DNA of 64,000 nucleotides from Tubulanus polymorphus (GCF_964204645.1 NC_134027.1:19864560-19928559), one strand, 5' to 3'. Shown: positions 22,922 to 38,200, counted from the first letter of the stretch. The notes: generated by a model from the letters alone, not told the origin. A program made the numbers and translations.

Positions 22922-24149
22922 TAGCTCCGCGTCCCGGCCACCTTCCGCCTGCCGCACCTGTACTGTGGAACGGCAACAAATAAACTTACTATTAAAAGGT
23001 GAATCCTAGTCATTCACGGAAATAATGCCACCAGAAACAATTTTTGCAATCACGTAGCATATAGAGGCCACTTTTTGCACTGGAGGAAAAAATGCCACCA
23101 TGAAAAGAATTAATTTTCACAAGTGAATTTCAGTTAAAATACATTGTTACTTCTTTCGATGTAACTGTCAACTTGTATGCGCTTTTATATGTTACCTAGT
23201 TGCTCTGCTTTAAATTGGTTTAAATTTGTGATTATTTCTGCTGCAATTTTTTGCTGTATATTTTGTACACTAGTTTGCATCAAATCTTTTAATAGAGTGT
23301 GCTTAATTAGATTTCATTATTCAATTATAATTACGAAAAAGGGGTTTATGGGCTATTCCTAGTTAAAGAAAATTTGCAGAATAAAAAAAATGATGTCAAA
23401 TTCTTAAATGTAATTTATAATTAGTAGTTAATAGTACTTTGAACATGCATAAAATCTCGATTAAAGATGTCTGTAAATTGTAACGTACTAGTATTAATGC
23501 AATTAACTTGCACCGACACTCATGAAAATAAAATTTCTATGGGCTAGAAATTATATGAATAACCAAATATGTCTAAATAAAGATTTTAAAAAATTATATA
23601 TCTATTCTTATTCCAAATGGAATTTGTAGTAAGTAATTTATCTCCTATTAGATCGAAGAAGTCGAAAATAAACTTAAACGTTTCATCTTTATCATTTGTT
23701 TTCATGAAAAAAATCGTTGGTTGCATTTTTGAGGTTGCTAGGATGCCGTAGTTAAGAGACGCGGACAAGTTTGTGCTCCACAAAATAACGAAATTAATAG
23801 AGAACACTGAGAACACCACCATGAAATTAGGCACAATTGAAGAACATCTACTCAAGACTAGAATGATAACATAGTTTATAGATTAACGAGCAACGGTCGT
23901 ATTTGTTCCTGAATATATTTAAGTCTCAAAGATAAGTATAGCAACCAAAAAAATCATGGCTGACCAGAAGATGACAACCGGTTACCAAGGGAAGAAACAA
24001 GAATGTTCTACTCCATATCCAAGAAATCAGAGACAGTAAACCCAAGAGGATTCTTGGAATCGAAATAGAAAACCATGGAAAAGAGAAGGGTACACAACTT
24101 ACATGCCATCAGTAAGCAGTTGGTCGAGAACTGAAAATGATTAATCTTA

Positions 24150-24800
24150 CCAGGACACAGAGTTAGTTGAGTTAAGGGAGTTCAAGAAATATGCTACCCA
24201 TGAAATATCGGAGTTGAAACATAGACTAAAATCACTGGAAGATAAACTTAAAGCAAATTCTCAGCTCGTAGAAAAGTACGTCTCACAACAAGTAGAATTA
24301 GATCTGCGTCATACTGTTATTACTGAGGACTTGTCTCATGTCATCTCTGACGAAATCAAAAACATGAATAGAAATTGAATCGAGCAATTAGAAAAATTCA
24401 AACGAGATTTAGAAGAAATAAGCAAGCGAAAAACACACATCATAACACACAATGCGAAGGAACCTGAAATTACTAACAGTATCGATCGTGAAAACTCTGA
24501 ATTGCATATCATACAATACATAATAAAAGTATTAGGACTTGAAGGAAAATGCACAAACCCATGTAACACGTAAAGACCATGGTACCCCAAGACCTTTACG
24601 GGTGATTACTAGCACCACCACAGAAAAACAAAGAATTTTGCAGCTTACCTTTGAACTACGCAAATGCAAGGATTGTGAATTTAAGATAAAAATAACTCCG
24701 AATTGGACACAAGAACAAAGATGCCAATAGAAACAACGAAAAAGTGCTAGAGAGGCATGTCTAATCATCAACAAAAGTCTGAGAGATGTTAAAGAGAGGT
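24150..24800 (+). pseudogene. Degraded LINE (CR1/L2-like) ORF1 remnant
   Basis: Interrupted translation: coiled coil, then KRK.HIITHN.KEPE, PRPLRV and KIKITP.WT.EQR. Confidence 0.5.
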
Positions 24801-27800
24801 ACTTTAAGTAGGCCTACTTATATCAGAAAGGACACTTAGAATCTAAACTAATGAGGCATGGGCCTATGGCCGTCTTTGATGGTGAATAATGATTGATATG
24901 ATATATGATATGATATGATATTTTATTCCACCGTAACTTTTACCGTTGACATTTTTCCGTTGTCATGTTTTCCTACAATCTATTTACAAATCGCTTATAA
25001 GCCGAAACGAGCTTAAACTGGCCACTCCGAAATAAGCTGGATTGGACTGGTTATACCGAGATTAGCTTGGGCTTTGGTCACTGTAACACGAGCCTGGCAC
25101 GAGCTAGGACTGTTCGTCATAAAAGGAGCTTGGACTGACAAGTCCCAAAAATGATAATACAGATATCAAGGCTATGAAGGATATAAGGATAATCTAGAAA
25201 TCAATGATATGACTGATCTAGTTATCGAGGCTTGTTTATCAAGTTGTATCATTCCACAATATACTTGAAATAAAAATTTGTTGTTGTGTTCGATTTTGTC
25301 ATTGCGACAAAATAACGTTGATACTTTTATTAGTTACTTTCCTTTTAATAAACATATATTCTTAATTGTAGACGTTTTATTTCATTCAATCAATAATTGT
25401 CTTCTTTTTTTCTTTTAAATACTCATCCAGGGCGTGATGCCTTCTTCACATTCCCAGTGGAAAAGAGTCGCCGCATCCTTCAAACGTTTATCTGGACCGG
25501 CTGCGCATGTGCACGTGTCGCCGTTTTTATCGGTAGCCGCGTCTCCACCTTTGACGACGTTCTTTTTGTTGACGGGATGTCGACATCCTACAGAAGAATA
25601 TGGCAGTACCAATGATAGGTTTTTTGGTAAAAAAGTGAACTAGACATACGTATCTTTGGTTTCAGTTCCAGCGTTTTTGGTTAACATTGAGTCAAACGTT
25701 TCAATTTCATAGGCTGGGTAACTACTTTCAACCAAAACTCTGACAAAAACGAAGTCTCCGATTCCTTCTCATTACTTATATAACTTAAATGCGATGTTCT
25801 GTCGTTCCGTGAAACGGTTCCCTCGTCAAAGACATCAGAATTTGAGAGCTTTGTACTTTAAACTTTAAAGGCACTTAATTTCTATAAATTCAAGACTTCG
25901 GCAAATAGCACTTTCTGTAAGAAAAAGGGCACAATCTTGCTGAAGCTAAGATTTTTCAGAAGGGTATTTTCCTATTAAAAGGGCACTGTCAATATGCTCA
26001 TATGACCAAGAAATATGATAAGATTTCCCAATGGATCCGCATCTTGTTGATTAAGTTAACTACACGCGCCATGGCAGTCGGGTTTCCTACGCTGAGGCTG
26101 GTTTCACAATTCCTGGTTTAAATTTAAGAGCTGGATGATGGTCTGTTAAGTAAATAATGGTTTATGAAATGACATATTGTATATAACGGCACAACTGTGG
26201 AAATCATAAGAACAGTTAAAGGTTTATTTTTTTCTGCGTGTATGATTTAAAATGAAATTAAAGTTTTACTACCATTTAGTCGGCAGTAGCGTAGAGCCGG
26301 GAATGGTGGTCCGTACATCGGTGGTGGAATTGGCGAGGCAATGAATTGTCTTAAATACGCGCAACGACACAATTTTTGGGCTTCTGTCCACTTTTCCGTG
26401 TATGTCCGGACACCTCCCTCCGAATCGTAGCAATCTTGATGAAAAAGAAAAAGCTATTCTTAGTAGGGGAACTTAAGTTCGACAGTTAAGAGGAAACTAA
26501 GCAGAGATAAGGACGTAAAATGGGTGCATTATGTATATACGCACCACCATTGAGTGGACAGTCTGTAATTTTAGCGCAGCCTTTTTCATCGACTTTGACT
26601 TTGCAGCCGCCATATTCATAGATACGCATTCCCTTCGTTCGATAGGGGATACAACTAAATATAAATGAAAAAAACATGTATATTGTTAAACAAGTATATT
26701 TCTTCATAAGATCATACGTTCAGATCATTGTAGAAAAGCTCTTAAATGATTAATCTCCCCGGGACGATTTTCGCACTAATTTCTGATCGCAAACATCTTT
26801 GTTCGCAACTTTGATCCGTCCAAAATACGTCTCACAAAACATTTTAACATTATCTCTCAAATCTATGAGTACAGCTGTTGTAAGTTTTAGAGTTACTCTC
26901 CCAGACTTATGTTTAGTGCTTAAAGATTTAAACTTAGCAAAGATCTGTAAAACTTACTCGTATGAACTTAATTTGACTGATCCGCTTCTAATAGGACACA
27001 AATGTCCAAAAGTAGTCTTGAAACCGGACTTATACGAACGCAATGGCCCACAATTCTAATCTTTGACCGGGCCCATGACCCTTTTATTTTTTGCTTCGAG
27101 TAACAAACTGTTTTCTTGCTATAAGCCAGAATAAAGAGGAACGCATACGATTGGCCTACCTTTTGCCTAGTATCATCCCTGGAGTCGGGTGAACCCCCGC
27201 TGGGGGTCTAACTGTGATTCTTTTTGGAGGGGATCGACATTCCAATATACACAAAACCATCGAAAATATCACGACATTGGCGATTAGACCCATCATGAAT
27301 TTTCTGTCGGCCTGTACCATTTTAAATGAAAAATTGATAGGTATTCAAGTTAACTTTTGTAGTACATATAAAAATTAAATTAAAAACAACTGCAGAACCA
27401 CCGCTAAGACCTCGAAATATCATAAGCTATTGTGTGATATTTCTAATAATGACTAAAAATAATAGTTTCATAAGCAGAATTAATGTCTGAATAATGTATA
27501 CTTACGGATAGATTTGAATCGACCTTAGGCGAATTCTGTACCAATGTTGAATGTTGAATCCGACTGCTTTTATGTATGTATATACAGGAGTTAATTATCA
27601 TAAACATCGGCCATGCAAACCATTTACGTAATTTTCGAATAAATGATACACTTTTTGGGTCGTTGCTGTCATTACCGGGGATCCTTTTTTCAATCTCGTC
27701 ACATCATATTATATCATTATTTACCATCAAAGAAGGCCATAGGCCTATGTACAGACAGTCTAATTAAGTTTAGATTCTTAATGTCCTTTCTGATAAAAGT

Positions 27801-28699
27801 ACTTAAAGTACCTCTCTTAAACTGTACTTTATGAGGGTGCCGCTGCATAAAGTTAGTCCTACGTAACGTCTCAAAGATTTGTCTAAAATTTTCTCTTTAA
27901 ACTTTAAACTTAAAGATTGAGTTAAAGATTAAGATTAAGATTAAGATTTAAAAACTTTAAAATTTAATCTATAAACTCTGTTATCATTCGGCTCAACTCC
28001 AGAACAGGTAAAAGTAGATCTGTGGGTCCAACATTTTCACTGAGAAAAGTATCAATACGCGCAGATCGATAGAAGTAGGCACGTGAAGTAATTTTGCACT
28101 TACGAAAATTACCTTGCGATCTTTTTATCGTTTCTTCATTCCATAAAACCGCTCTACAAAGGGTATACTTCTGGTTATGGGCAAAGAGATCGCTGCAAAG
28201 AGGTGTTTGCTATTGAGAAGTTTGATATTTCACTCCAACCATGAACTTTTGGTCTTACCTACCACCTAGTGGTCTGTCAAGTGACCAATTTTCTAAATTC
28301 CTATATGTAAATACGCCCATCGTAACACATCTATTTGGTCAGAATGCTCGACGAAATTCACGCATGCCCGTGTCATACCCAGGAACCAAGCAGCCTACTA
28401 ATCCTCGGAAAGGCAACATTTTCAGAAGATTTCGAGACACGCTCATAAATGCATCCACCATTTCAACTAGGAATCGACATGGACCTTATAAGCCCACCTG
28501 GTGAAATACTTAAAACTAAGATCCGATTACATTTTCCTCATAAAACGTGTTTCTATCTACTTTTGATATTTTCCTTCAAAAAATCTACGATAAAGGTAGC
28601 CACCGTCTGCATTACGAACGACTGATAAAAACCCTGTCTGATATGTTTAGGATCTTTATCTAAAATATACCCGTCACGGATTTCAATTTAACAATTGGC

Positions 28700-29001
28700 A
28701 GAAGGAAGCCTCAGAACTACTTTGATCTTCCGCAAAATGACCTTTGGCGCACAAAAAAACGCCACAGGGCGGCCATCTTGCTGATTTCAGGGAACAACAA
28801 TGGCCACCTTGATCTTGACTGGGCCAGTCTCTGGGTTGCAGATATGTCTAGGATAGATACATGCATCACTCAAATATCGAGATAATCCATCAAAACGTAT
28901 TGAAAAATTCCTGAAATAACTGGTTTCTGTCTACGACCGGACGGACGATGGACGGAATGTGATCACAATAGCTCGCTCGGACTAAAGTCCGAAGCGGGCT
29001 A
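28700..29001 (-). repeat. Truncated copy of the Helentron/HINE-like family
   Basis: Same GTCTAGG.TAGATAC, AAATAACTGG..T..GTCTACG and terminal TAGC.CGC..GGACTAAAGTCC..AG.GGGCTA hairpin as at 41200-41360. Confidence 0.65.
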
Positions 29002-30017
29002 TGAATTTTTCGCCGTCAAAAAACACTTCAGATGATAAATGGTATTAGCTCGTAAAACGTACAAATATATGCTTATATCCCATTCAATACATTATGGTAA
29101 TTAAGTGATAAATATGTCAAAGCAGTCGTATAATTCTCATCATACAGGACAGTAATGCCAGATACGTAGATACGCGATGAAATAGTACGTTAATTAGTCA
29201 ACATCCTAGTCATTAGTGGCGATACATCGGTCACAATCCTCTCCTTAGTCGTTGATTAATAAACGCGTTGATAGGTCCCTGGCGAGAGAACGTGCCCGTG
29301 CACAAACCCAAGTAAAAACTAGAATGCCGGAAATTTGACTGAATATAATAATAGTAAAACGAAATTTATTTACTTTGATAAGTAATCTAAGCTTTCCAAT
29401 TAGAACACAATCCAGATCCTAGCCCTTAAAATGATTTCTAGCCTACTCTCCTGTTGGTAACCGTTTTCCCGAACAAAACTCTCTAAACGAGGTCTTGAAT
29501 ATAACCTCCGAATCGATCTTCCGCACCCCTTTTATAGAAAGAATCGGCATTTTTAAAATAACAACTCTCCCACTCGTCTTTTGGCAAGGAGCAGCAACCT
29601 AACTGTCATGATTGTTTTGGTCATGTAGAATTTAGCCTTAATGATTCGCTGATCTAGAATTATTTTCAAAACTGATTTGCTAAACTAACTTTTCCTTCCA
29701 ACCCTCGTGTCATGACGCCGAATGATTTACTCACTCCTTGCTTATCATCGTTGAGAGAACAGCTATTCTTTGCGAATTAACAACAGACGTATACAACAAG
29801 AGAAACTTTAGAGAGCGAGTATTAACATTTAACACAAATTAATTTTTCCTAAAACTTTAGCGATTATAGAGATTTTGTACTCATCCAGGATACTCAAGTT
29901 AATCATATTTTCGAAACTTTAGTATTCGTCTCAAATTACGGTACCACTCATTGTTTCTTTTTGAATTATTATAAATACTTTTGCTTCAGAACTTCATTAT
30001 GATCAATTATCCATAAT

Positions 30018-30919
30018 GGTGCGATATTTCTGAACAGCAAGAGGAGCACTGAATCGCAGTATTTATTGCTATTCTTGCTATTCTACAAAACCTTACGATA
30101 GCATAGAATAGCAAACGTCTTCGCTATTCTATGCTATTCTTGCTATTCTACTCTCCTAAAAGAACAAAGAATAGCATGCTTTTCTTGCTATTCTTGCTAT
30201 TCTACAAAACCTTACGATAGCATAGAATAGCAAACGTCTTCGCTATTCTATGCTTTTCTTGCTATTCTACTCTCCTAAAAGTACAAAGAATAGCATGCTT
30301 TTCTTGCTATTCTTGCTATTCTACAAAATCTTACGATAGGGCTAAACAAAAATGATACCTTGTTTCTCCGCAGCGGCCGGGTAATTTTTGTAAAATATGA
30401 TAAAATTTATAAACAGTTCATTTCTATACCAGCCGGGTCTGTTATGGTAAAATTGATCACGATTTTTAAAAAAGTAATATATAGGGTAGACAGGCGGCCG
30501 GCCGGGTCAACATTTAAGCTCAGCAGAGCGGAGAAACAAGGTATCAATTTTTTTTAGCCTAGCATAGAATAGCTAGGGTTTAGAATGGTTAGGGTTTAGA
30601 GGGTTAGGGTTTATAGTTATTTTTGTTCACTCGTATTATTAGGGTTTAGAAGGTTAGGGTTTAGGGGGTTAGGGTTGAGGGTTTGAGGAGCACAATAGCA
30701 CAGGAGCACGCGATCGTATTGCGATCGTACGCTAATCTTACGATCGTTAGAAAAGCACTTCCGTGCTATAATAAAGAGGAGCACAGTAACATTACAATAG
30801 CAGTATAAAAGCATAGAATCGCAAAATTGTACAATAGCACATATTTTTTATAGAATAACGTTTATAAAAGCAAGAACATCAAATATAATGCTATTCTTGC
30901 TATTCAGAAATATCGCACC
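30018..30919. mobile_element. TIR element with GCTATTCT microrepeats, a roughly 119-bp tandem duplication and TTAGGG-like tracts
   Basis: GGTGCGATATTTCTGAA.AGCAAG ... CTTGCTATTCAGAAATATCGCACC; no clear TSD. Confidence 0.65.
30340..30559. mobile_element. PIF/Harbinger-type MITE nested in the previous element
   Basis: TAG|GGCTAAA...GATACCTTGTTTCTCCGC ... GCGGAGAAACAAGGTATC...TTTAGCC|TAG; the 3-bp TSD interrupts the host unit ACGATAGCATAGAATAGC. Confidence 0.75.
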
Positions 30920-33576
30920 TTTCTCCAATTATCATTCTTAAAATCATTCTATAACTGTTATACTAATTTTATCACAATACGGGATAAAGCAAAACAACGA
31001 TGTCTCCCCATACTTCCGTTTTTCTTTTTATAGAAAGTACTCGGGAGTATCAAGTAACAGCGTGATCCTTTCACCAGCCACATTATTAATGCACCCCATT
31101 GTTCCGACCCAACCAAACCCGGTTCCGTCTATTCTTAAGTTTATAAAAAGATTTCTGAATGTTTGCCAGATATCGCAGCAGAAGAACTGAGGAAGAATTA
31201 TTTTTCACCAGGCTGATTTATCGTCAGCGCCGATAGAATAAAGCATCAAACAACAACTTGCTTACTACATCGTTTGTTGTCTGACAACCATTAACCACCA
31301 ACATTACAAACATTTTCTAGCTACTACGAAATCTTGCTGCAGATCAGTGGGCACCCTAAGTCATCGCTCGAACGTTTACTGATTCTCGGCTTATATGTCT
31401 TTGCCAACTTCCCTGAAACAAACTGCTCTTAGCAAGAACAACTTCTTCCAACAGATCACGAAGAGCCCCTGTAAAATCAAGCCATTAGTACAAAGTACAT
31501 GTATACCCATTCTCATAGTTCCGAATACTGATTTCAGCTCCAATAACAGTCAAACTTTCGATTGTTATCCCGATTTTGGGAATGACTCATACCTCCAGAT
31601 CCACTCTACCTCAAATCCCACAACTATCTTTGTCACTACTCAACGATGGCCGTACCCAGGAATAAAGACACTCTAAATATTTGGATATATGAAAGCTGTG
31701 GGTACTGTAGTGTGTAATGAGTAGTGTAGTGTGATCTGTGTGCATTTGTGGCCAGCACACAGATCACATTGTTCATTGGGGTTTGGTCCAGGACTTGCGA
31801 GATTTTCAACAACACGGAAGTAACGTGTAATAAATGATGACTTGAATTGCATGACTACCTACCACCCCTCATTATTGTTGGAAAACTAAACGTTCGGCAC
31901 TGACTAAAAATTGGTAATAACATTTTAGAAATGGCCAGAATTTTAACTTAGGTTCTATCTCATTTTTATTTCACAATTGCGATTGGTATAATTTTTTTTA
32001 AACGGCCGTTAAGGCTTCATGTTTCGTCTGCAATTCACTGCAAATAGTTACGCAACTACGCACATTTCAGTGTTTTTGGCAGCTGTACACTCAATCGGCA
32101 CCGTTCGTGACTAGCTTCACTGCGGAATTATATTAATTAACATCGCCATATCACATCATCAACTTATATTGTGCCTTAAAACCCTAACAGCCGAAATAAT
32201 TGAAATGCACACACGATTTCTATCATTGAAAATTGAGAGAGTGGCCATGTTTGTGTTTGCTGCTTCGCGTAAATCCCGCGCGGTGGCGCAACCGCGCGGA
32301 GTGGGGCCGATACGTCTAGCACTTAAATGTTCGGGGGAGAACCCTAAAAGAGTACTTTCAAGGAGTCAGACGCCGATAAAACGAGTGTTCATATAAACCC
32401 CAACTAAAACTCTGTTCGGCCCATAACATAATGCTCGTCAGTCCCAGAGAAGGATTCCACATCAACTGGTCATATAAATAAAACTCCATAAGATTTTCAT
32501 AAAGGGCAAGAGCAAGGTACAAAAGGTGTACAAGGTACATAGATACTGATTTAGATGGAGAATTGTCTATTTTCGAAAAATAAATTTCAATTTTCCGCAG
32601 AATACTTTTTTGTTTAGTCATCTGGAAGCACGTATGCACGAATCTTTGGTGTCCATCTTTATTTAGACGTTTTGTTATGACATTTCCTGTAGGTGATCTA
32701 CTCATGAAGAAACGCCAACACCAATGTTTGTTGTTTAGAAAAAGCCGCAAAACGAATAACCAAGAAAACTAACTTAGTAATTATTGACGCCTTGAAAAAT
32801 GAAATACATTGCATAATTTTACTGAGAACGAATATTAAATGTGTATAAGATAAACACGTATGTATCCTAAGAATCAATAAAATGATTTAGAATATGAATA
32901 TGCGCATCAACAAGTGAATTGAATTGGCCGGTACCGGTCTAGCCGATTGTGACCACTCAAAAATTCGTTCTGAAAAATGACATGAACATTGCCATTAAAT
33001 GGAAAATTAGTCATGAAATTCATCTCATCAAAAAATAAAAGCAAACTTTGCTAATTTTAAGTTGTTCATACAGTGGTTATCAATAACTATATAAATGTTG
33101 TTATAACGGTTTAACAGAACTACGAGAGTTTGTGACGTTTTGACTAAACACATGGTAGTTCTTTAATTCCCCTTGTTTCCTCTCACCCCTCTGCGTGTGA
33201 TATATAGAAACTCAACCACAGTGGGTTCAAGAGGGAACCTTTAACAGCCCAAATGCAGAATTTTGATTCACCCGAATGTTACTAGCGTCTTTTTTGCTCA
33301 CACGGATTTTTATGTCGATAGTCAGTATGGTGTAAGAAGTGGATTAAGGGGCGAGTTGATCGGTAAGAGGAGGACCAGCCAGACCGCCACCTGTTGAACG
33401 GTAATTAACGGTAACCAGCAAAAAAAATTACACAGATTTATCACTTCACTCCTGCGTGCCAGGGTCATTTCTACCCGAACCAGACATGCTTTCAGATACG
33501 AATCTGTACATTTTGGCATAAGTCATCATTATCGTAGCGAGTATACATGCCAGTTATGAAACTTAACAGATCAATT

Positions 33577-33998
33577 AACTGTCTTGCAGACATAATACAC
33601 CCAGATCAGAAATGTAGCGTAAAGGGACGTCGAATCCAAGACAACGGTCATATAATAAGAGACTTAATTGATTACGTTAATAATAGCCGCGATCACGCGA
33701 GCATTTTTGGCCAGGGCCAAATTTGGCCTGAACAAAAACGTCGGACCAGGCCCGAGCCTAATTTTAGCACCAGACAAATGATTGCGTTTGAATTGCAACT
33801 AGCACCGGAAATGATCCACTTAACTTTGTTTGAGCATTGTTGAGTATCGAGTGAATGGTTTGCGTGTGAACGCGCTCTCTAATTAGGCACGGGCCAAATT
33901 TGGCCCGAGCCTGATCGGTGCCAATTTGGCCCGGGTCAAATCGGCTCCGTTTAGTACTGGTAACCATTGACCAAATGAAAGCTTTTGATCGCGTTGAC
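33577..33998 (+). pseudogene. L1/Tx1-type reverse transcriptase fragment interrupted by a GGCC-rich insert
   Basis: LADIIHPDQKCSVKGRRIQDNGHIIRDLIDYVN, resuming after about 33950 as TIDQMKAFDRVD. Confidence 0.75.
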
Positions 33999-34047
33999 TT
34001 TTGACCAACTTTTGTCTGGTGTTGAGTTAGCTCCTGGGTTAAAATTA

Positions 34048-34183
34048 GCCGGTTGCATAGTCATGGCTTAGACTTAAGACCAGTCTAAGACCAACTTAGT
34101 TCTATAGCCAATCTAACAACTTAAGACCGATCTGAAGATTTAAGACCACTTTTGGACTTAAGTCATGACTGTGCAACTGGCCC
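34048..34183. mobile_element. Short palindromic MITE; second copy in the opposite orientation at about 49302-49439
   Basis: GCCGGTTGCATAGTC...GACTGTGCAACTGGC ends with internal CTTAAGACC repeats. Confidence 0.7.
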
Positions 34184-34789
34184 CTGGTATTTCATGAGTT
34201 AAGCCATTTTCATGTGGTGGTTGTAGTGAGAAAAAAACATGACTGGATATACTGTGTATTCATGATGGTTATGTACATTGAGTCATTTAAGTGCGCGAAA
34301 TGGATTTTTAGCTATTTATGGGGTTTTTTCTTTGAACTTACACCTGAATTTGTGGATATTCAGTGTCACTGGCTTAAGAACTGACACTTGACAACTGCTC
34401 ACTCAACTCAACTGCTCACTCACTTGACACTTTAGAGATCGTTCTATCAATGAATTATGTCGAAGCAAACGGTTATTACTGATCTTTTGTTTAGCAAGGG
34501 AGCTGTTGGCAGCAATCGTTCTGACAATATCGACTCTGTCGACAATACTAATAGTGGTATGTAACAAGAAAACTTAAATCAACAAGAACAACTAAAACAA
34601 CCAGATATTCAACCAAATATTCACCCTACTAATGCGAACACTACTGATAATAATTAAGATAGAGAAGTTTTTACCGATCCTGAGAGTTCTAGTGGGTCTC
34701 GCGCCACTCAAAGAGGGCTCCTCCAACTAAAAAACGCAAAGAAAGAAGTTCAACGATCGAAGATTTAGAACCGGAGAGTACCTCTAAAC

Positions 34790-35200
34790 TGTTCAATATG
34801 ATGCGCGAAATGACAGAAAAAATTGACTCCCTTGCTAACATGAAACAAGACATAATGGATACTTAAAATGTACGGCTCGATAGTCTCACTAAAATGATCC
34901 ATAATTTGATGCATCGTACTGAAGAGAGACTATATGACCTGGAACAATCAAATAAAGCCAAAATTACAGAAATTACAGATCTGAATTTCCAACACACACG
35001 TGATGTTGCTGAATTAAAACGTGAAATGGAGCAACAAAGCCAGTTGAACGACTTCAAAGATATGCTATTGAAAATAACCAATATTCGAGAAGGAATCACT
35101 TAGTAGTGTGTGGAATACCCGAGAAACAGGACGAAAAATGTACTAGGCCTAATTTAATTGTCGAAACACTGAATAAAAGACTATCGTTGGAAACACCAAA
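34790..35200 (+). pseudogene. Degraded LINE ORF1-like coiled-coil remnant
   Basis: Interrupted heptad-rich frames ending in ...VCGIPEKQDE, a typical ORF1 N(L/I)xxxGIPE-type motif. Confidence 0.4.
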
Positions 35201-38200
35201 TAAAATCTCTAATGATGATATTAGTCCCATAGACTCCGTAGTTTCTAACGAAAGTTATCGACTCCCCAAGCAAGTTATCAATCCGTGTGATAGCAATATG
35301 GGCTTGCAAGCATGCAAGCCCTTGATTACCGATAGTAAAAATTCTGTAGTAGTTCGTTCTATCGCAACTACCATCCGTTCCGATACCCTTTTTTCTTCGA
35401 AGGATACATGTAGTTCTTTCAAGACAAGACCATCCTCAGAAACCTTGCCGAAAGAAAAAGACGAACTCAACAGTTAATTCGATTTCAATTTCTTTTACTC
35501 GTACATGTGTAATATGTATTTCTCAAATCACAAAATGGTAGTACATAATTTAGAAGAATGTACACGATAGGAGATCTGAAAAGCTAAGCTCCATTTAGCT
35601 AAAATAAACAACATCAAGCCTTCACAAACAAGATGCGCTTCTTGAAAATAACGATATACTTAATACATTGTACTAATTCGACCTAGTTCAGAAGTACGTG
35701 TATCAAGAATATTATAAGAGAAAAGACTCAGAGTTCATTTCAGTCCTCCAAACCATCTAATGAATTAGGACTTTACTGTTGAACCGAAATGGGGCAGGTC
35801 TCGTTACATTACGGTATTCGAACGCACTTAGTATGGAATCTATCTCAAGAAAATCTGTGGGCCCAGAAACATTTGGCCTACTTGATGAAATTATTGAATG
35901 TCCCCCGAGTGAACTAATACGGAAACCAACATTTTTGGACTCACCACAATCATAACATTTCATGAGCTACATGTACAACTTAAGAAATGATTGTTGTAAT
36001 AAAATATGCACAGGCACCAATACAAATAGACAAAAATCCAATATCAAACTCCCCTATTGGGGGGAACAAAAAACTAGTTAATCCTTATGTTTACTATTTT
36101 TCAATTATCAAGCCTGTTAGTAAAGCCCGTTGGTATTTTACTTCTTTTTCCATATGGTGAGGCTAAAATGGCCACAGATTGTTTGACAAGCAACTGATTG
36201 AAAAACCTTTTTTCATATGTAAAAGATACCTTTCTGAAGTAGATATATCAAAAATCCCAATTAAATTAGCCTAACAGTTTCAGAAAAGCTAAGCCCTCAA
36301 AATTCAGACCAAAAATGACCTCTTTGGCAAAAGAAAGGTCACAGCCATCTTCTGTCTGAGTGACCCGATTTTTCTAATGATTATGGGCTCTCCGGGTCTC
36401 CTTATACATATCAAACATAAAGATAATTGATCAAAGCATCTTCAGAATTTCCCTTGAATTCTTTGAAAATGTAGGATAATGTTAAATTAACATTATTATA
36501 TGCTAGTGCGCCACATTAGTCACATTTGAATTCCTATCAGGCCACTATTGGGCTGAGATGTGTCTAGGTAAGATACATTATTACATCAACACCATATACC
36601 GAAGCGTGTTGGTAACTTGAACTTTGATTTCCTCTCTACGGACAGTCAAAATGTGAATGCAATAAAATGTGAATGCGAAAAACTGAATGAATTAAGATCA
36701 GATTTAAGATATAAGCCTCCTTCTGCTGATTGTGTAAAAAAGGAAAAGGTTAAAATGAGAGAAAAATAAGTTTGACTTCTCATCCAAGTAAGCCCAATTT
36801 CGTACAAATCGGATATACAGTGTGATGTACAACCCTGGCACACCACGTCCAGGTCAATGAAGTTTAAAAGTCTGGATTAATTTCTAATTCTCTAATTCGA
36901 TTTTTGTACGACCAGGCAACAAGCCCTGTTTCAATGAAATAAGTTTAAGCAGTTATAAGTTAATTAACAGGATACCACCGAACAACACAAAGTAACACAA
37001 CAAAACTGATACTTCTTCATAAAACCGGACACATCTTTACTACTACATGTAGTTTTTAGCGAATGATTCCCAGCTTGAAAAAGGCGAGTGCAACCGATAT
37101 GTAAAAAGTGATAAGAAATTCAACCACCGGCAGAGAAAAGAGACGCATGAATTCCATTGGAAGTAAGACAAGTGCTCGCTATACAATATTCACGATTAAG
37201 AAGTTTTGATTTTTAGGAAGATACAAGTACTGTTTGTCAACTTAAAGCGACCCAAATGTAAAAATATTTTTTTTTAAACATTACCTATGACACCCGTGTC
37301 AATGCAGACTGGACCGACACCCTCATACATTGCAAACTTTTTCAAAATTCTTCCAATTTTTATCCTTCAGGACGCAGTTCCCTAATCTCAGCAGAATTTG
37401 ACTCTAGTTAAAATTAGTTAGATAGTTTGGCCTTAGAATTAAATCTAATTCAGGACTGGATATGTATCCAGATTTCAGTGTTCAGTTCTTCATCATTTTT
37501 TAAAATGAAAATGAACTTCAGGCGCCATTAGTTCACTTGTAATCAGTACACTTTCTAAGTGATTATCAAAACTCCATACTAAAATGGTGAATAACTGAAG
37601 AGCATGGTTACAGGCTGTAAATAATGGCGAAAAAAACCTTCCGCATGAATCCCTACTTAATGCATTCAGAAAACTTTAGAATAGAAACAAATAGTCTTCA
37701 GAGGCTCAAACCCAGAATTAAAATAACCAAAAAGTTATTCAAAACATCAGAGAAGTTAAGATTGATTAAAAATCCAAACTTTCGGTTTTACACACCATTT
37801 TCAAAGAGTATCCTAGAAATAAATTGCTCATGAGCAAAGTGTGGTTTATCTTGAAAGCTAGAGGTTGTTTGGAGTAAGGGCATTGCTTGAAAAACCTTTT
37901 TAATTCGTGACTTCAAAGTACTAGAAGTTTATCTTGTATTTTATCTTTCTTTAAGAATTATTTTGTAGTCAAATAAGACCAAAGATAAACATTTGTTTAT
38001 GGTCTACGTCCAAAATTTCGTAGGGTACAGGTAGGCGCGGCAGGGAAACTATTTTATATTTTCGAAAAAATATTTTTCACAATATAAAAAAATATTCAAA
38101 TAAAATTCATATGATGTCACATCAGAGAGTGGCTGAATATTGAGTCTTGGAAACGAAACCTCTTCCAATGTATGGCCGCGGAAGCTAAAGTTCCCTTCAC

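Noticed and set aside
25380-25800. Coding-like minus-strand stretch (overlapping short ORFs)
   Set aside because: Interrupted by stops, and I cannot assign a family; probably a decayed repeat.
29150-29880. Possible solo LTR (minus-strand CTATAAAAGGGG near 29530)
   Set aside because: Could not define TG...CA ends or a TSD.
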